The notes below the pieces were generated by a model. That model was given only the letters and a program-made list of their open reading frames with translations, was not told where the DNA came from and did not search any database. The translations under genes and the position numbers were made by a program. From the NCBI GenBank assembly GCA_965226205.1, contig CBDDCJ010000025.1, positions 36,800 through 100,799 of the forward strand: 64,000 nt of DNA, in the 5' to 3' direction. Below, piece after piece: positions 10,324-19,682 of this stretch. The stretch comes from Opitutales bacterium. GTDB taxonomy: Bacteria > Verrucomicrobiota > Verrucomicrobiia > Opitutales > UBA2987. The first letter of the stretch is position 1, and the number at the start of each line of letters is the position of its first letter.

Positions 10324-11079
10324 TTACACTTTGGCCTCCACCATTAAAACGGAAAAGCCCAGTACCAGGGCACAGTTGCTTATATAAAAAAAGAAGGGCC
10401 GCGTATCGATGATGCCGAGGCTGAATTCTTCCAGGTGTTTGAAAATCTGGACATAGCTGAGGGTCTCCCCCAGCCAGGGCAGCCAGGCCATAGTTTCTTC
10501 CTGTAATTCACGCATACTCACGATGAGGACAAAGAGGATGCAGAAACTGAGCATGGCGGCGACAAACTGGCTGCGGGTCAGACTGCTCGAAAAAATGCCC
10601 ACCGCAATGAAAAGCAACCCGCTGACAGCGACAAAGGTATAGCCGCCGACCAGCGTTCCACGATCAAGGAGGTTGCGGCTGACGGCGGGTGAATCCAAAC
10701 CGATGCTGATGATCAAGGGAAAAGAAAGGGTCAGCAGCCACAGCAGACAATAAAACAGATAGGCGGCAAAAAACTTGCTGGCGATGATCTCCAAGGCATT
10801 CACCGGTGTGGTCATGAGCGTTTCCAGAGTTCCCTGCCGGCGCTCCTCGGCCACGCCTTTCATGGTCAGCAATGGAACTACGAAAAATACCGGCAGCCAG
10901 AAGAGTTGAAAAAACATACTGGCGGGCAAACCGTCCTGAGGCGCCAGGCTGAATTGAAGAAGAATACGCCAATATATCCATCCCATCAGGATTAAAAAGA
11001 GCACCCCCGCCGAATAAGTGGACGGAGAGATGAAAAGGGCCCTCAGTTCATGGTGCAAAAGGCAGAAAAAATGTTTCAT
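10324..11079 (-). CDS. ABC-2 type transporter permease (GldF-like)
   Basis: 251 aa with about six hydrophobic segments, located between the ABC ATPase and the GldG-like gene. Confidence 0.75.
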   Translation of the reverse strand: MKHFFCLLHHELRALFISPSTYSAGVLFLILMGWIYWRILLQFSLAPQDGLPASMFFQLFWLPVFFVVPLLTMKGVAEERRQGTLETLMTTPVNALEIIASKFFAAYLFYCLLWLLTLSFPLIISIGLDSPAVSRNLLDRGTLVGGYTFVAVSGLLFIAVGIFSSSLTRSQFVAAMLSFCILFVLIVSMRELQEETMAWLPWLGETLSYVQIFKHLEEFSLGIIDTRPFFFYISNCALVLGFSVLMVEAKV

Positions 11080-11100
11080 GGCGTCTTATAGAATTCCCGT

Positions 11101-12123
11101 TCAGGAGGTGGCGCTTTCGGTAGGTTCGTCATCGCTTTTTGCCGCTGGCATGACTTCTTTCCAACTTCGGCGGGTGGCCGATAAAAAAATATCTTCCAGC
11201 TTGGCTTCCACCCGGTTGAAAGCTCGCAGGCGAATGCCTGGTTGTAGTTGAAACTTTTCCAGGATTCGCTCACTGAGGTCTTCGATTTGCGGCGTGGTTA
11301 ATGTAATTTTGAGAAATCCATCGCCGTCGGGTTTTCCAATCGGCGCCCAGGTCATGCCGGGTTCAATTTCTTTCAGCAATTGACCCAGACCGCCGAGATT
11401 GCCTTTTATTTCAATCCGGTAAAGGATCCTGTTGATAAATTCTTTGCGCAAAGATGCGGCACTGCCGGACGCCACGATACGGCCGTGATTGATTATAATC
11501 ACCCGGTCACAGGATAATTCGACTTCGGCCAAGACGTGGCTCGATATGATTACGGTCATCTTTCCGCGAAACGACTCTATCAAGTCTCTGATAGCAAGAA
11601 CTTGATGCGGGTCCAGCCCGATAGTAGGTTCGTCCATGATGATGACTTTGGGCTCGGCCAAAATAGCATCGGCAATGCCGACGCGTTGCCGGTAGCCCTT
11701 GGATAAGGAGCCGATGATTTTGCGGCTTGTTTTCCGGTTCAAATCGCATAGATCGAGAACTTCTTGCAGCCGGTCCTTCAGTCTTTTGGCAGGGATTTCT
11801 TTGAGGCGGCCCCGAAACCGCAGGTATTCCAACACCCGCATGTCCTCGGGCAGGGGATTGTTTTCCGGCATATAGCCGATGAGCCGCTTGACATCGTCGA
11901 TCCTGGTGGCAACGGACAACCCGCCGATCCGGGCTATGCCCGAAGTGGCCGGAATAATCCCGCACAAGATGCGCATGGTTGTGCTTTTGCCGGCCCCGTT
12001 GGGTCCCAAAAAGCCGACCACTTCCCCATGCTCGATATTGAAGGAAACGCCCTCAATGGCGGTGAGGCGGTGGTATCGTTTGGTGAGGTTATGTACCTCG
12101 ATGCTGTACCCTGCCATATTCAA
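11101..12123 (-). CDS. ABC transporter ATP-binding protein (GldA-like)
   Basis: Walker A GPNGAGKST, ABC signature LSKGYRQRV and Walker B IIMDEPT are all present. This is the first gene of the minus-strand operon. Confidence 0.9.
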   Translation of the reverse strand: MNMAGYSIEVHNLTKRYHRLTAIEGVSFNIEHGEVVGFLGPNGAGKSTTMRILCGIIPATSGIARIGGLSVATRIDDVKRLIGYMPENNPLPEDMRVLEYLRFRGRLKEIPAKRLKDRLQEVLDLCDLNRKTSRKIIGSLSKGYRQRVGIADAILAEPKVIIMDEPTIGLDPHQVLAIRDLIESFRGKMTVIISSHVLAEVELSCDRVIIINHGRIVASGSAASLRKEFINRILYRIEIKGNLGGLGQLLKEIEPGMTWAPIGKPDGDGFLKITLTTPQIEDLSERILEKFQLQPGIRLRAFNRVEAKLEDIFLSATRRSWKEVMPAAKSDDEPTESATS

Positions 12124-12201
12124 ATATTTTTTTTCCGAAACGACATTTTATTTTAAATTTAGACACTACCAAGGGGTGCATTTGTTCGATAATTTAATTT
12201 A

Positions 12202-12972
12202 TTATTGTCTGGCGTAGGCTTCGGCCATACCGAGCAAGGTTATATGGGGGTTGAACTCAATATCGGAGAGCCATGTTTGGGGCAGCATCCCGGCGCTCCC
12301 GCCAGTGGCCACGACTTTGACCGGGCCTTCGCCGCGTTCGCCCAATTCCCGCAGGACTCGGTCCAGAAGGGCGCGGATCATGCCTTCGAAACCGACCGCG
12401 CAGCCGAGTTTCATGGCCTCGACAGTGGTCTTGCCTATCCCTGCCGAGACCATTAAATCGTTGGGGTCCAGTTCCGGCAGCAAGGCGGTTCGCTCATGCA
12501 AGTAACGGGTGATGACGGCCAGCCCCGGAGCGATGATGCCGCCTTCGTACCCCTTGCTCGAGACAATGTCAAAAGTGACTGCCGTGCCCATATCGATGAC
12601 CACAACGGGCGTGCCGTAAATCTTTTTGCCGGCCACCGCATTGGCCAGGATATCTTGCCCGATTTCACGCACATCGGGAAAATTAAATTCCAATGGGCAA
12701 TTTTCGCAGGTAATCTGGTAAATGGGTTTGGCCCAACCGGCTTTTGACAGCAGGTCGCGAAATTTCACGGTTGCCTGGGGCACAACGGACCCGAAAGCCA
12801 GCCCCTCGACTGCGGAATCCCCGGAGGAATGCTTTTGCAGGATGGGTAATATACCCTTTTGAGGATCCTCCAGCAGTTTTGTGGAGAAGGAATCGTTTTG
12901 ACTTACGCGCCCTTCGCAAACCAGACCATGCTGGGTATTGGTATTATTAATATTTATGGCCAGAACGCTCAT
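12202..12972 (-). CDS. coaX: type III pantothenate kinase
   Basis: 256 aa with N-terminal LAININNTNT and a later VVATGGSAG, typical of CoaX-type acetate/sugar-kinase-fold proteins. It overlaps the birA stop by 4 bp. Confidence 0.8.
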   Translation of the reverse strand: MSVLAININNTNTQHGLVCEGRVSQNDSFSTKLLEDPQKGILPILQKHSSGDSAVEGLAFGSVVPQATVKFRDLLSKAGWAKPIYQITCENCPLEFNFPDVREIGQDILANAVAGKKIYGTPVVVIDMGTAVTFDIVSSKGYEGGIIAPGLAVITRYLHERTALLPELDPNDLMVSAGIGKTTVEAMKLGCAVGFEGMIRALLDRVLRELGERGEGPVKVVATGGSAGMLPQTWLSDIEFNPHITLLGMAEAYARQ

Positions 12973-13979
12973 AAGCTACCATGCGTCAGGGTTTCCGCCG
13001 CGCCCAGGCTGACATCGCCGGCCCTTAATTTTACCACTTTCCCCTCGTCCGTGCAAAGCCGCAAGGCTCCATCGTCTTCAATCCCGTCGGCTCTACCCCA
13101 AAGGATTTCATTTTCTCTGCGGGCCTTTATCCGTTTGCCTTTGAGGCAATCATACCGATCCCAGAGAAGACGAAATTTCGGCACATGGATTCCCCGGCAA
13201 AACTCGTTGTAAGCCCTCAGCCCGCAAGCCACCAAGCGGGCTGACAAGGGGTTGATGGGCAATGGCTTCCCTTTGGCCTCGGCCAGGGATGCGGCGCCAT
13301 CGGCAAGCGCCTCCGGCCAATCCTGGCAGCGGCCATTCACATTCAGCCCCAAGCCGAATATCAGGTCCCGGGTGGAATCGGAGTCGATGCGGGCCTCGGT
13401 CAGCATGCCGCCAACTTTCTTCCCGTGGAGCACAAGATCGTTGGGCCACTTGATCATGAGGGGCAACTGGCTAAACTTCTCTATTTCCTGGCATAGATGA
13501 ATGCCCATCCAAAGCGTGAATAGCTGCATGTCGCGGGGAGACATTCGTGGTCGAAAACCGAGGCTGAGGTAGCAGTTCCCCTCCTCCGGGCTGTGCCAGT
13601 TGCGCCCCTGGCGTCCACGACCCTCTCGCTGGCGGGATGAGAACACGGCAAAGGGTGTTTCCCTGCCGTCGGCCAATTGCCTTTCCATCTCGGTGCTCGT
13701 GCTGTCGATTTCGGGATAACATAGAAGTTTTACCTGGCATCCCTGGAGGGCAAGATAGGCCCTTAATAAAGGACCGTAAAGCTCGCCAGGTTCTTCCATC
13801 AGCCGATAACCGGTATGCCGAACAGCATCAAAGACAAACCCGGACTCTTTCAGCTTTTCCAGCCTGGTCCATACAGCAACCCGTGAAACGCCGAGGGTTT
13901 CAGCTATGGAACTGCCGGAGACATAGCCCGGCGAGGCTTTGAGCAGGCTCTGCAAAATGATGGCATCGGACTCTGGCAT
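12969..13979 (-). CDS. birA: bifunctional biotin-protein ligase / biotin operon repressor
   Basis: 336 aa with an N-terminal winged HTH (SGSSIAETLGVSRVAVWTRLEKLKESG) and the biotin ligase signature GRGRQGRNWHS. Confidence 0.85.
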   Translation of the reverse strand: MPESDAIILQSLLKASPGYVSGSSIAETLGVSRVAVWTRLEKLKESGFVFDAVRHTGYRLMEEPGELYGPLLRAYLALQGCQVKLLCYPEIDSTSTEMERQLADGRETPFAVFSSRQREGRGRQGRNWHSPEEGNCYLSLGFRPRMSPRDMQLFTLWMGIHLCQEIEKFSQLPLMIKWPNDLVLHGKKVGGMLTEARIDSDSTRDLIFGLGLNVNGRCQDWPEALADGAASLAEAKGKPLPINPLSARLVACGLRAYNEFCRGIHVPKFRLLWDRYDCLKGKRIKARRENEILWGRADGIEDDGALRLCTDEGKVVKLRAGDVSLGAAETLTHGSL

Positions 13980-14071
13980 ACAATGAGTATATTGTTCTTA
14001 AAAAAAGACGGTTGAAAGCATGATTCTGAATACCTTTTCTGCAACAGCAAATCAAGGTGGGGTAAATTCCG

Positions 14072-15037
14072 CTAAGCCTGCCATTCAAAACTGATATCCT
14101 TCCAGCAACTCTGGTGGACGAGCGCTCCGCAGGATATAAAGTCCAAACCGATGCCAGCCAGGGCCGGAAGCCTTTCCAGGGTGATTCCCCCGCTGGCTTC
14201 GGTGAAGGCGCGGTTCCCGATCAGAGCTTGGCCTTCGGCTAGTTCGTCATTGGAAAAATTGTCCAATAAAACCACGTCGGGTTTTACCGCTAGAACAGTT
14301 GGGATTTGGGCCAGGGAATCCACTTCGATTTCCACCAGCAGCCCCGGTGTGCGGCTGCGCGCGTTCTCGACAGCTTGGGCCAGCCGGTTGCCCTCATTGT
14401 CTTCCGCTCCGGCCGCCGCCAGGTGATTGTCTTTGAACATTATCCGATCGAACAACCCGATGCGGTGGTTCCATCCGCCCCCGCAGGCCACCGCATACTT
14501 TTCCAGAACGCGAAAACCGGGCGTCGTTTTGCGCGTGTCCAAAAGCTTGGTCCGGCACGAGCCGAGGGCCTCCACATACCGGGCGGTCTGGGTAGCCACG
14601 CCACTTAAGTGTTGTAGAAAGTTCAGAGCCACCCTTTCTGCCTGCAACAGGATGGAGACCGGGCCCGAAACCGGGCCCAAACAAGTTCCCGCAGCCACTT
14701 TCCGGCCATCCTCCGCCAGGGGGCCCCATTGACAGCCGCCGCCATACTCCTTGAAAATGAGAGGCATCAGGGCAAGTCCGCACGGAATCAGAGGAACGCG
14801 CGCCGTGAGGGCCGTCCGTCCGGTTTTTCGGGAAGCCAAAGCCTCAGTGGTGGCGTCGCCACGAAAGGAGGGTTGGGTGGCCAGACCGGCCCCCGCCAGG
14901 TCTTCCTTCTTGGCCAGGAGGATAAGCTGGCGCAAATAACTTTCATCCAAATCTTTCCAGCCGATCCGTTGACAGCAGGATTTGCCGGCCCGTGGAATTC
15001 TCTGTGTTTCAATCGGCATAATCGTCTCCAAATCCAC
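14072..15037 (-). CDS. nadC: nicotinate-nucleotide pyrophosphorylase (quinolinate phosphoribosyltransferase)
   Basis: The stretch LLDTRKTTPGFRVLEKYAVACGGGWNHRIGLFDRIMFKDNH is the conserved NadC core. Confidence 0.85.
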   Translation of the reverse strand: MDLETIMPIETQRIPRAGKSCCQRIGWKDLDESYLRQLILLAKKEDLAGAGLATQPSFRGDATTEALASRKTGRTALTARVPLIPCGLALMPLIFKEYGGGCQWGPLAEDGRKVAAGTCLGPVSGPVSILLQAERVALNFLQHLSGVATQTARYVEALGSCRTKLLDTRKTTPGFRVLEKYAVACGGGWNHRIGLFDRIMFKDNHLAAAGAEDNEGNRLAQAVENARSRTPGLLVEIEVDSLAQIPTVLAVKPDVVLLDNFSNDELAEGQALIGNRAFTEASGGITLERLPALAGIGLDFISCGALVHQSCWKDISFEWQA

Positions 15038-15298
15038 TCAAGATAGGCTTAAAAAACAATTTGCCAAGCCGGATTTTTCCGCCCATAGGCGGGGGCGGAT
15101 GGCTCGCATCCTGCAATGCTCCAGCTAGAAAACGATTCCGGATACCTGAAAGAAATCATGGGTTGCGGTTTTAGAAAAACCATGTGGTAATCCTTGATTG
15201 GCAGTTCGGTAATAAATATCTACAGTTTGTCCGAAATTAATTACTTAAGCCCTCAGTCACTGATAATCGTAACGGACATCATTTAAATAAATAACCTT

Positions 15299-16027
15299 AT
15301 GAAGAAAACTATGAAATACACAATCCTATCCACAAAACTCTCGTTCCTCGGCGTGATCTTGCTGCCGTTGATCTTCTGCCAATTCCAGACCCAGGCGGCA
15401 GAAAAATCGAGACCGAGCCCGAACGCCACCGTCACTCAACGTGTTGGGCTGACAGACATTGCTATAAAATATTGCCGGCCAGGCGTAAAGGGGCGGAAGA
15501 TTTGGGGTAATTTGGTCCCTTACGGAATGAATCCGGGCAATAAATACTCCAAGGGAAAGGATTTTCCCTGGCGTGCCGGAGCCAACGAGAACACAACCAT
15601 CGAATTATCGCAGGATGTCAAAGTAGAAGGCAAAAGCCTGGCCGCGGGCACTTATGGCCTTCACATGATCCCAGGCAAGGAAGAGTGGGTGATTATCTTC
15701 AGCAAAAACCACTCCTCCTGGGGGAGTTATTCCTTTAACGCAGAGGAAGACGCCCTTCGCGTAACCGTAACCCCCGTAACCACGGAGCATAATGAGTGGC
15801 TGGCCTACTATTTCAGCGATCTAACGGATAATTCCGCTATCCTCAACCTGCACTGGGAAAAGCTAAAAGTCCCCATAAAAATGCAGGTCTCATCCTCGGC
15901 ATCAAAGGTAACCTACAGCAAAAGGAGTCGACAATCATATTTCCTATTGGATTTTCAGACGTTGATGTTACGAAACAGCCTTCCTTCCCGTCTGTTCGCC
16001 ATGAGTATGCTGGCGCGAAGTAAATAG
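15299..16027 (+). CDS. DUF2911 family secreted protein
   Basis: Signal peptide, then SPNATVTQRVGLTDIAIKYCRPGVKGRKIWGNLVPYG...WRAGANENT...AGTYGLHMIP, which matches DUF2911. The last ~45 residues look low-complexity, so the C-terminal end is uncertain. Confidence 0.7.
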   Translation: MKKTMKYTILSTKLSFLGVILLPLIFCQFQTQAAEKSRPSPNATVTQRVGLTDIAIKYCRPGVKGRKIWGNLVPYGMNPGNKYSKGKDFPWRAGANENTTIELSQDVKVEGKSLAAGTYGLHMIPGKEEWVIIFSKNHSSWGSYSFNAEEDALRVTVTPVTTEHNEWLAYYFSDLTDNSAILNLHWEKLKVPIKMQVSSSASKVTYSKRSRQSYFLLDFQTLMLRNSLPSRLFAMSMLARSK

Positions 16028-16171
16028 GTTCTAATACCATTGACTTGACCTGGATACCACCCCAATTACATAAGTTCAACAGGATTTAAGGTTTGCTCAG
16101 ATTAAGTAAGCTAACACCTATTTAGAATTGAGGAAAATCCTCTAAGTCTTTGATAAATAATTATCAAATCT

Positions 16172-16247
<76 letters not shown>

Positions 16248-16321
16248 TAATAATCAACGATTTATGACTTATATCGTTATTATTTAAGTCACAAGTAATG
16301 ACACAAATCATTGATAATTTA

Positions 16322-18145
16322 GAGGCTGTCCCAAAAATATAAAGATTTTGTAGTCAACTGGATGACGTTTATAAAAATAGCCGGAAAGAGCATTTTTTTG
16401 CTCGCTCCGGCTAAAAAAGGGTTCTATAATTGCGTTAGCGAAAATCAATATAGCCCTTTCTATGAAAAATATAGCCATCCAATGCCTCCTGCGTCCAGCT
16501 TTAACTGTGGTCGACCGTTGCCTCGATTACGATAACTTTCGCGCCACCATCGAGCGTATCGACCGGCTGCTGATCGATTCGGAGGTGGAATCGCAGGGCG
16601 TTGATCTGGCCTTGGAAAGAGGCCAGCCAATGAGTGTAAAGGCCCGGCAAAAGCGGGCTAATTTTGCCCTCAAGGCGTTGCGTATGGAAACGCTGCGTTA
16701 TCTGCTCGGTGGGATTTCGTTTCGGCATTTGTCGAGGGCTCTGGGCAGCAGCGATCTGTTGGCTGACTTTTGTCGTGTCCGCCATATCGACGGCATAAGG
16801 GGCATCTCCAAGAGCACCCTGGAACGGGCCTCGAAGTTTTTCAGCGAAGAGCAGTTGAGGGCCTTGCACCGGACCTTGACTGAGGTTGTGGGCGATGCCG
16901 ATCTGGCCCGGCAGGTGGTGGGATTGGACAAGCCGATAGACACCACCATTTGCCTGATCGACGGCACCTGTTTGGAGGTCAACATTCATTGGCCGACGGA
17001 CTGGGTGCTGCTCAAGGATGTAGCGGGCACGCTGCTCAAAGCGATCCGGCTGATCCGTGAGAAGGCCGGTTTGCGCCATCGCATGCCGATCGAACCGGAG
17101 CCCTTGGCTCGGCAGATGAATCGGCTGTGCATACAGATGACCCACAGCCGGCGGCGAAAGGACAGCGCGCGGCAACGCAAGGGTATCTTGAGGCAGATGA
17201 AAAAGCTGCTCAAACGGATCGGGGAGCATGCCCGCAGTCACCGGGAATTATTGCAAGCCTGCTGGGAGCAAAGCGATTACAGCGAAAAACAGGTCCAACA
17301 GATCCTTACCCGGATGGAGCGCATGAGCGAGCTAATCCCGGTGGTCATCAAGCAAGCGCACGAGCGAATCATTGGCGGCCGCCAGGTGAAAAACGCAGAG
17401 AAAGTTTTGAGTGTTTACGAACCCGATGCGCAGGTGATTGTGCGAGGCAAAGCGGGCCAAGAGGTTGAGTTTGGCAACACCCTGTTTTTGGGTGAAAGCG
17501 TTGAAGGATACCTGCTGGACTGGAAACTCTACGGCAGCCGGACGCCAAGCGAAAATGAACAAATGCAAGAGAGTTTGCAAAGACAGAACCGCTTCAACCT
17601 AGCCGAACCCATAGCGGCCATGTGCGCGGACCGGGGATTCGCCTCCCAGCGGGCCCGCCGGCAGTTAGCCCAGGAGGGCATCTACGATGCGCTCTGTCCA
17701 CGCGATCCGAAGCAGTTGAAAAAACGGATGGAGGAACCACACTTCAGGCAATTGCAAAAGCGCCGGGCCAGCACCGAAGGGCGGATCGGGGTATTGAAGA
17801 ATCGCTGGCAGGCCGGGCGATTGCGCAGCAAAGGCTTTGCCAACCGCTCGATCAGCGTAGCCTGGTCGGTCCTCTCGCACAATCTATGGAAAGTGGCCAA
17901 GATGCTGGCCCAGCAAGATGAACTAAAAACCAAAGCGGCGGCCTAAATAAAGAGCGGAAAAGCAAGGACAATACTTTTTCACAGGCCTACTGTCGGCCCA
18001 TACAAAGAAAACCAGGCAAACGGACCCCAAAACCAGAATCCTAACGTCATAGGAGAGCAAAGTCACCCCCTCCCAAAAGAAAATACCACTAAAATGAACA
18101 CTCTTCAAAATCCCCTCGCAAAAATCACCCTTTTGGGACAGCCTC
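16322..18145 (+). mobile_element. IS element copy A (IS4/IS5-superfamily type), 1,824 bp
   Basis: Perfect 15-bp terminal inverted repeats GAGGCTGTCCCAAAA at 16322-16336 and 18131-18145. The direct repeat TAATTTA lies at 16315-16321 and 18146-18152. It contains a single 494-aa transposase ORF. A second identical copy lies at 25585-27408. Ends could be off by 2 bp if the TA belongs to the element. Confidence 0.9.
16462..17946 (+). CDS. DDE transposase (IS4/IS5 superfamily; family not assigned)
   Basis: 494 aa. Candidate catalytic residues lie in ICLIDGTCLEV and MCADRGFAS. RRASTEGRIGVLKNRW fits the R-x3-E-x6-K signature of IS4/IS5-type enzymes. The protein is identical to that at 25784-27268. 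Confidence 0.85.
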   Translation: MKNIAIQCLLRPALTVVDRCLDYDNFRATIERIDRLLIDSEVESQGVDLALERGQPMSVKARQKRANFALKALRMETLRYLLGGISFRHLSRALGSSDLLADFCRVRHIDGIRGISKSTLERASKFFSEEQLRALHRTLTEVVGDADLARQVVGLDKPIDTTICLIDGTCLEVNIHWPTDWVLLKDVAGTLLKAIRLIREKAGLRHRMPIEPEPLARQMNRLCIQMTHSRRRKDSARQRKGILRQMKKLLKRIGEHARSHRELLQACWEQSDYSEKQVQQILTRMERMSELIPVVIKQAHERIIGGRQVKNAEKVLSVYEPDAQVIVRGKAGQEVEFGNTLFLGESVEGYLLDWKLYGSRTPSENEQMQESLQRQNRFNLAEPIAAMCADRGFASQRARRQLAQEGIYDALCPRDPKQLKKRMEEPHFRQLQKRRASTEGRIGVLKNRWQAGRLRSKGFANRSISVAWSVLSHNLWKVAKMLAQQDELKTKAAA

Positions 18146-18519
18146 TAATTTAGTCAAATTTGGGCAAAAAAGTGTGATTTTCTGTGATATTTCTATAAGA
18201 TAACTTTCTATCGAGCACACATTTTGCGGTATATCCCTCAAGTTGGCAGGGAATTTCTTTCAAACAAAAAAGTTTTGGGGGTAGGGGAGATGAAAGCAAT
18301 TTCTGTGTTTTTCAGTTAATTTCCTCCTACCAACTGAGGTCGAAAGGATTTTTTTCTGATTTTTGGGTTTTTTGGAAAATTTGGTCGATTTTTGGGGTAA
18401 TTTTGACCTTTGACCCATTAAATTTTGGCAAATTCTCTTTGAGGAGAGGGGATTCTCGTGGAAATTCCAATCTTATCGATTTGGGGATGTTGGCAGAAGC
18501 AAATGGAATTTACCTTCCC

Positions 18520-19611
18520 TCAATCCTCCAGTTCGCACGTTTCCGCAATCTCATCCACAAACTTAGGTTTCAAAAACGACAACACAGATTCCACTTGCTT
18601 GATCCTATCTTTGAGCACGGAAAATGAAATATACCGGCACATCTTTGACATCGGAGGATTCAAATTATTGAAAGTGGGGCGATTGACTTCTGAAATAACT
18701 TTTTCCCGCCTTTCGGGTGGGGCGACAATGTAAAGCGGGATGTTGAGGTTCGGTTGCATGGCAATGAGGTCGGCCATGCGAAGAAGCCCCGAATAAATCG
18801 AAGTCGTGCTCTCGATCTCAAACGCCGAGACAATGGATTTTCCTTTTAACCAAAGGACATCGATAAGTTTGATTGTGCGGTTTGTGGCATCATCAAACTG
18901 GATGGGAAGTTCATCGAGAAGTTGGGGAAGATCAGTTAATTTCTTGCCAGCAAAATCCTTATTGCGATCATTATTTGCAACCCAAACATCCAGCCCCATA
19001 TCATTGCCCAGTTTCAAAAGGAGCCACTGAATTTGGGTATGCTCTGTTGATTTCGAAGTGGGTTCAGCAGCGGTTGGGTCTGGCTCAGAAACTGTGACGA
19101 CACCCGTTCGTGCCGCAAAGCCCACTGGCTTTCGAAGAAACTTCGCTTTGTCTACAGGTCGGTTAATCGGATTTTCCTTCGCTTCATCAAATGCCTTCCA
19201 TATCGCCTCACCATTCTGACGTTTCCACTTGGCAGGTGAGCCACGGAAATAAACTCCCCATTTTTGTTTATCTTGAAGGATCGACAGCTTTCCCCACATG
19301 GATTTAACAGGAATTGCCGTTGCAGGAGTCAGTGCCAAAACTGGTTTTACTTTCAAGCGAGATGGAAAATCATCGAATTTCCAGATTTTTGTAGTATCTT
19401 GAAACGCGTCTGAGGTTACTTCAAGAATGCCAATAAACCGCGATATTCCTGTAATGTAGCAAACAAGATAGTCTCCTTTTTTAATTCGTTGAACTGTTTT
19501 CCATCGTTTTTTTCGGAACCCAGTCACATTCCCGCCAGCGTCAAGAAATTCCTGCCAAGTTTGTCCTGTAAAAAGGTCGAGCCAATAGTTTCGTTCGCTT
19601 TGTTTAATCAT
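18520..19611 (-). CDS. EVE/PUA-like domain fused to a PD-(D/E)XK-like nuclease domain (candidate modification-dependent restriction enzyme)
   Basis: 363 aa. The N-terminal NYWLDLFTGQTWQEFL...IKKGDYLVCYITGISRFIGILEV resembles EVE domains. The C-terminal IKLIDVLWLKGKSIVSAFEIESTTSIYSGLLRMADL...LYIVAPPERREKV resembles a restriction-endonuclease-like core. Both assignments come from motif memory, not from a search. Confidence 0.6.
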   Translation of the reverse strand: MIKQSERNYWLDLFTGQTWQEFLDAGGNVTGFRKKRWKTVQRIKKGDYLVCYITGISRFIGILEVTSDAFQDTTKIWKFDDFPSRLKVKPVLALTPATAIPVKSMWGKLSILQDKQKWGVYFRGSPAKWKRQNGEAIWKAFDEAKENPINRPVDKAKFLRKPVGFAARTGVVTVSEPDPTAAEPTSKSTEHTQIQWLLLKLGNDMGLDVWVANNDRNKDFAGKKLTDLPQLLDELPIQFDDATNRTIKLIDVLWLKGKSIVSAFEIESTTSIYSGLLRMADLIAMQPNLNIPLYIVAPPERREKVISEVNRPTFNNLNPPMSKMCRYISFSVLKDRIKQVESVLSFLKPKFVDEIAETCELED

Positions 19612-19682
19612 TAACCGAAAAATGAAATAATTCGCTTTTTACCTTTGGGAGAGTCCTTGAGTTAGAAAAAATGTACCCAAAT

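Noticed and set aside
16315-16321. TAATTTA as an extension of the IS terminal inverted repeat rather than a target duplication
   Set aside because: The two flanks of each copy are direct repeats (the reverse complement would be TAAATTA). The MITEs with the same termini carry different flanks (TATCTA and TATTTA). I still cannot exclude that the outer TA belongs to the element.
16501-17241. 246-aa ORF antisense to the IS transposase, also present at 26489-27229
   Set aside because: It lies entirely inside the transposase gene on the opposite strand. Its duplication simply reflects the IS duplication.
17923-18108. 61-aa ORF in the right arm of the IS, also present at 25622-25807
   Set aside because: It lies on the strand opposite the transposase, is hydrophobic and low-complexity, and shows no start context. 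I have no evidence that it is more than chance.
18153-18519. Cluster of loose (A/T)n-GGG motifs in the 370-bp non-coding stretch after IS copy A. Examples are AAATTTGGG at 18156, GATTTTTGGG at 18358, AAAATTTGG at 18376, CGATTTTTGGGG at 18386 and CGATTTGGGG at 18477. They could be iterons or transposase-binding sites.
   Set aside because: The motif is short and degenerate and the spacing is irregular. The region is generally T/G-rich. This is not strong enough to call a repeat array without statistics.
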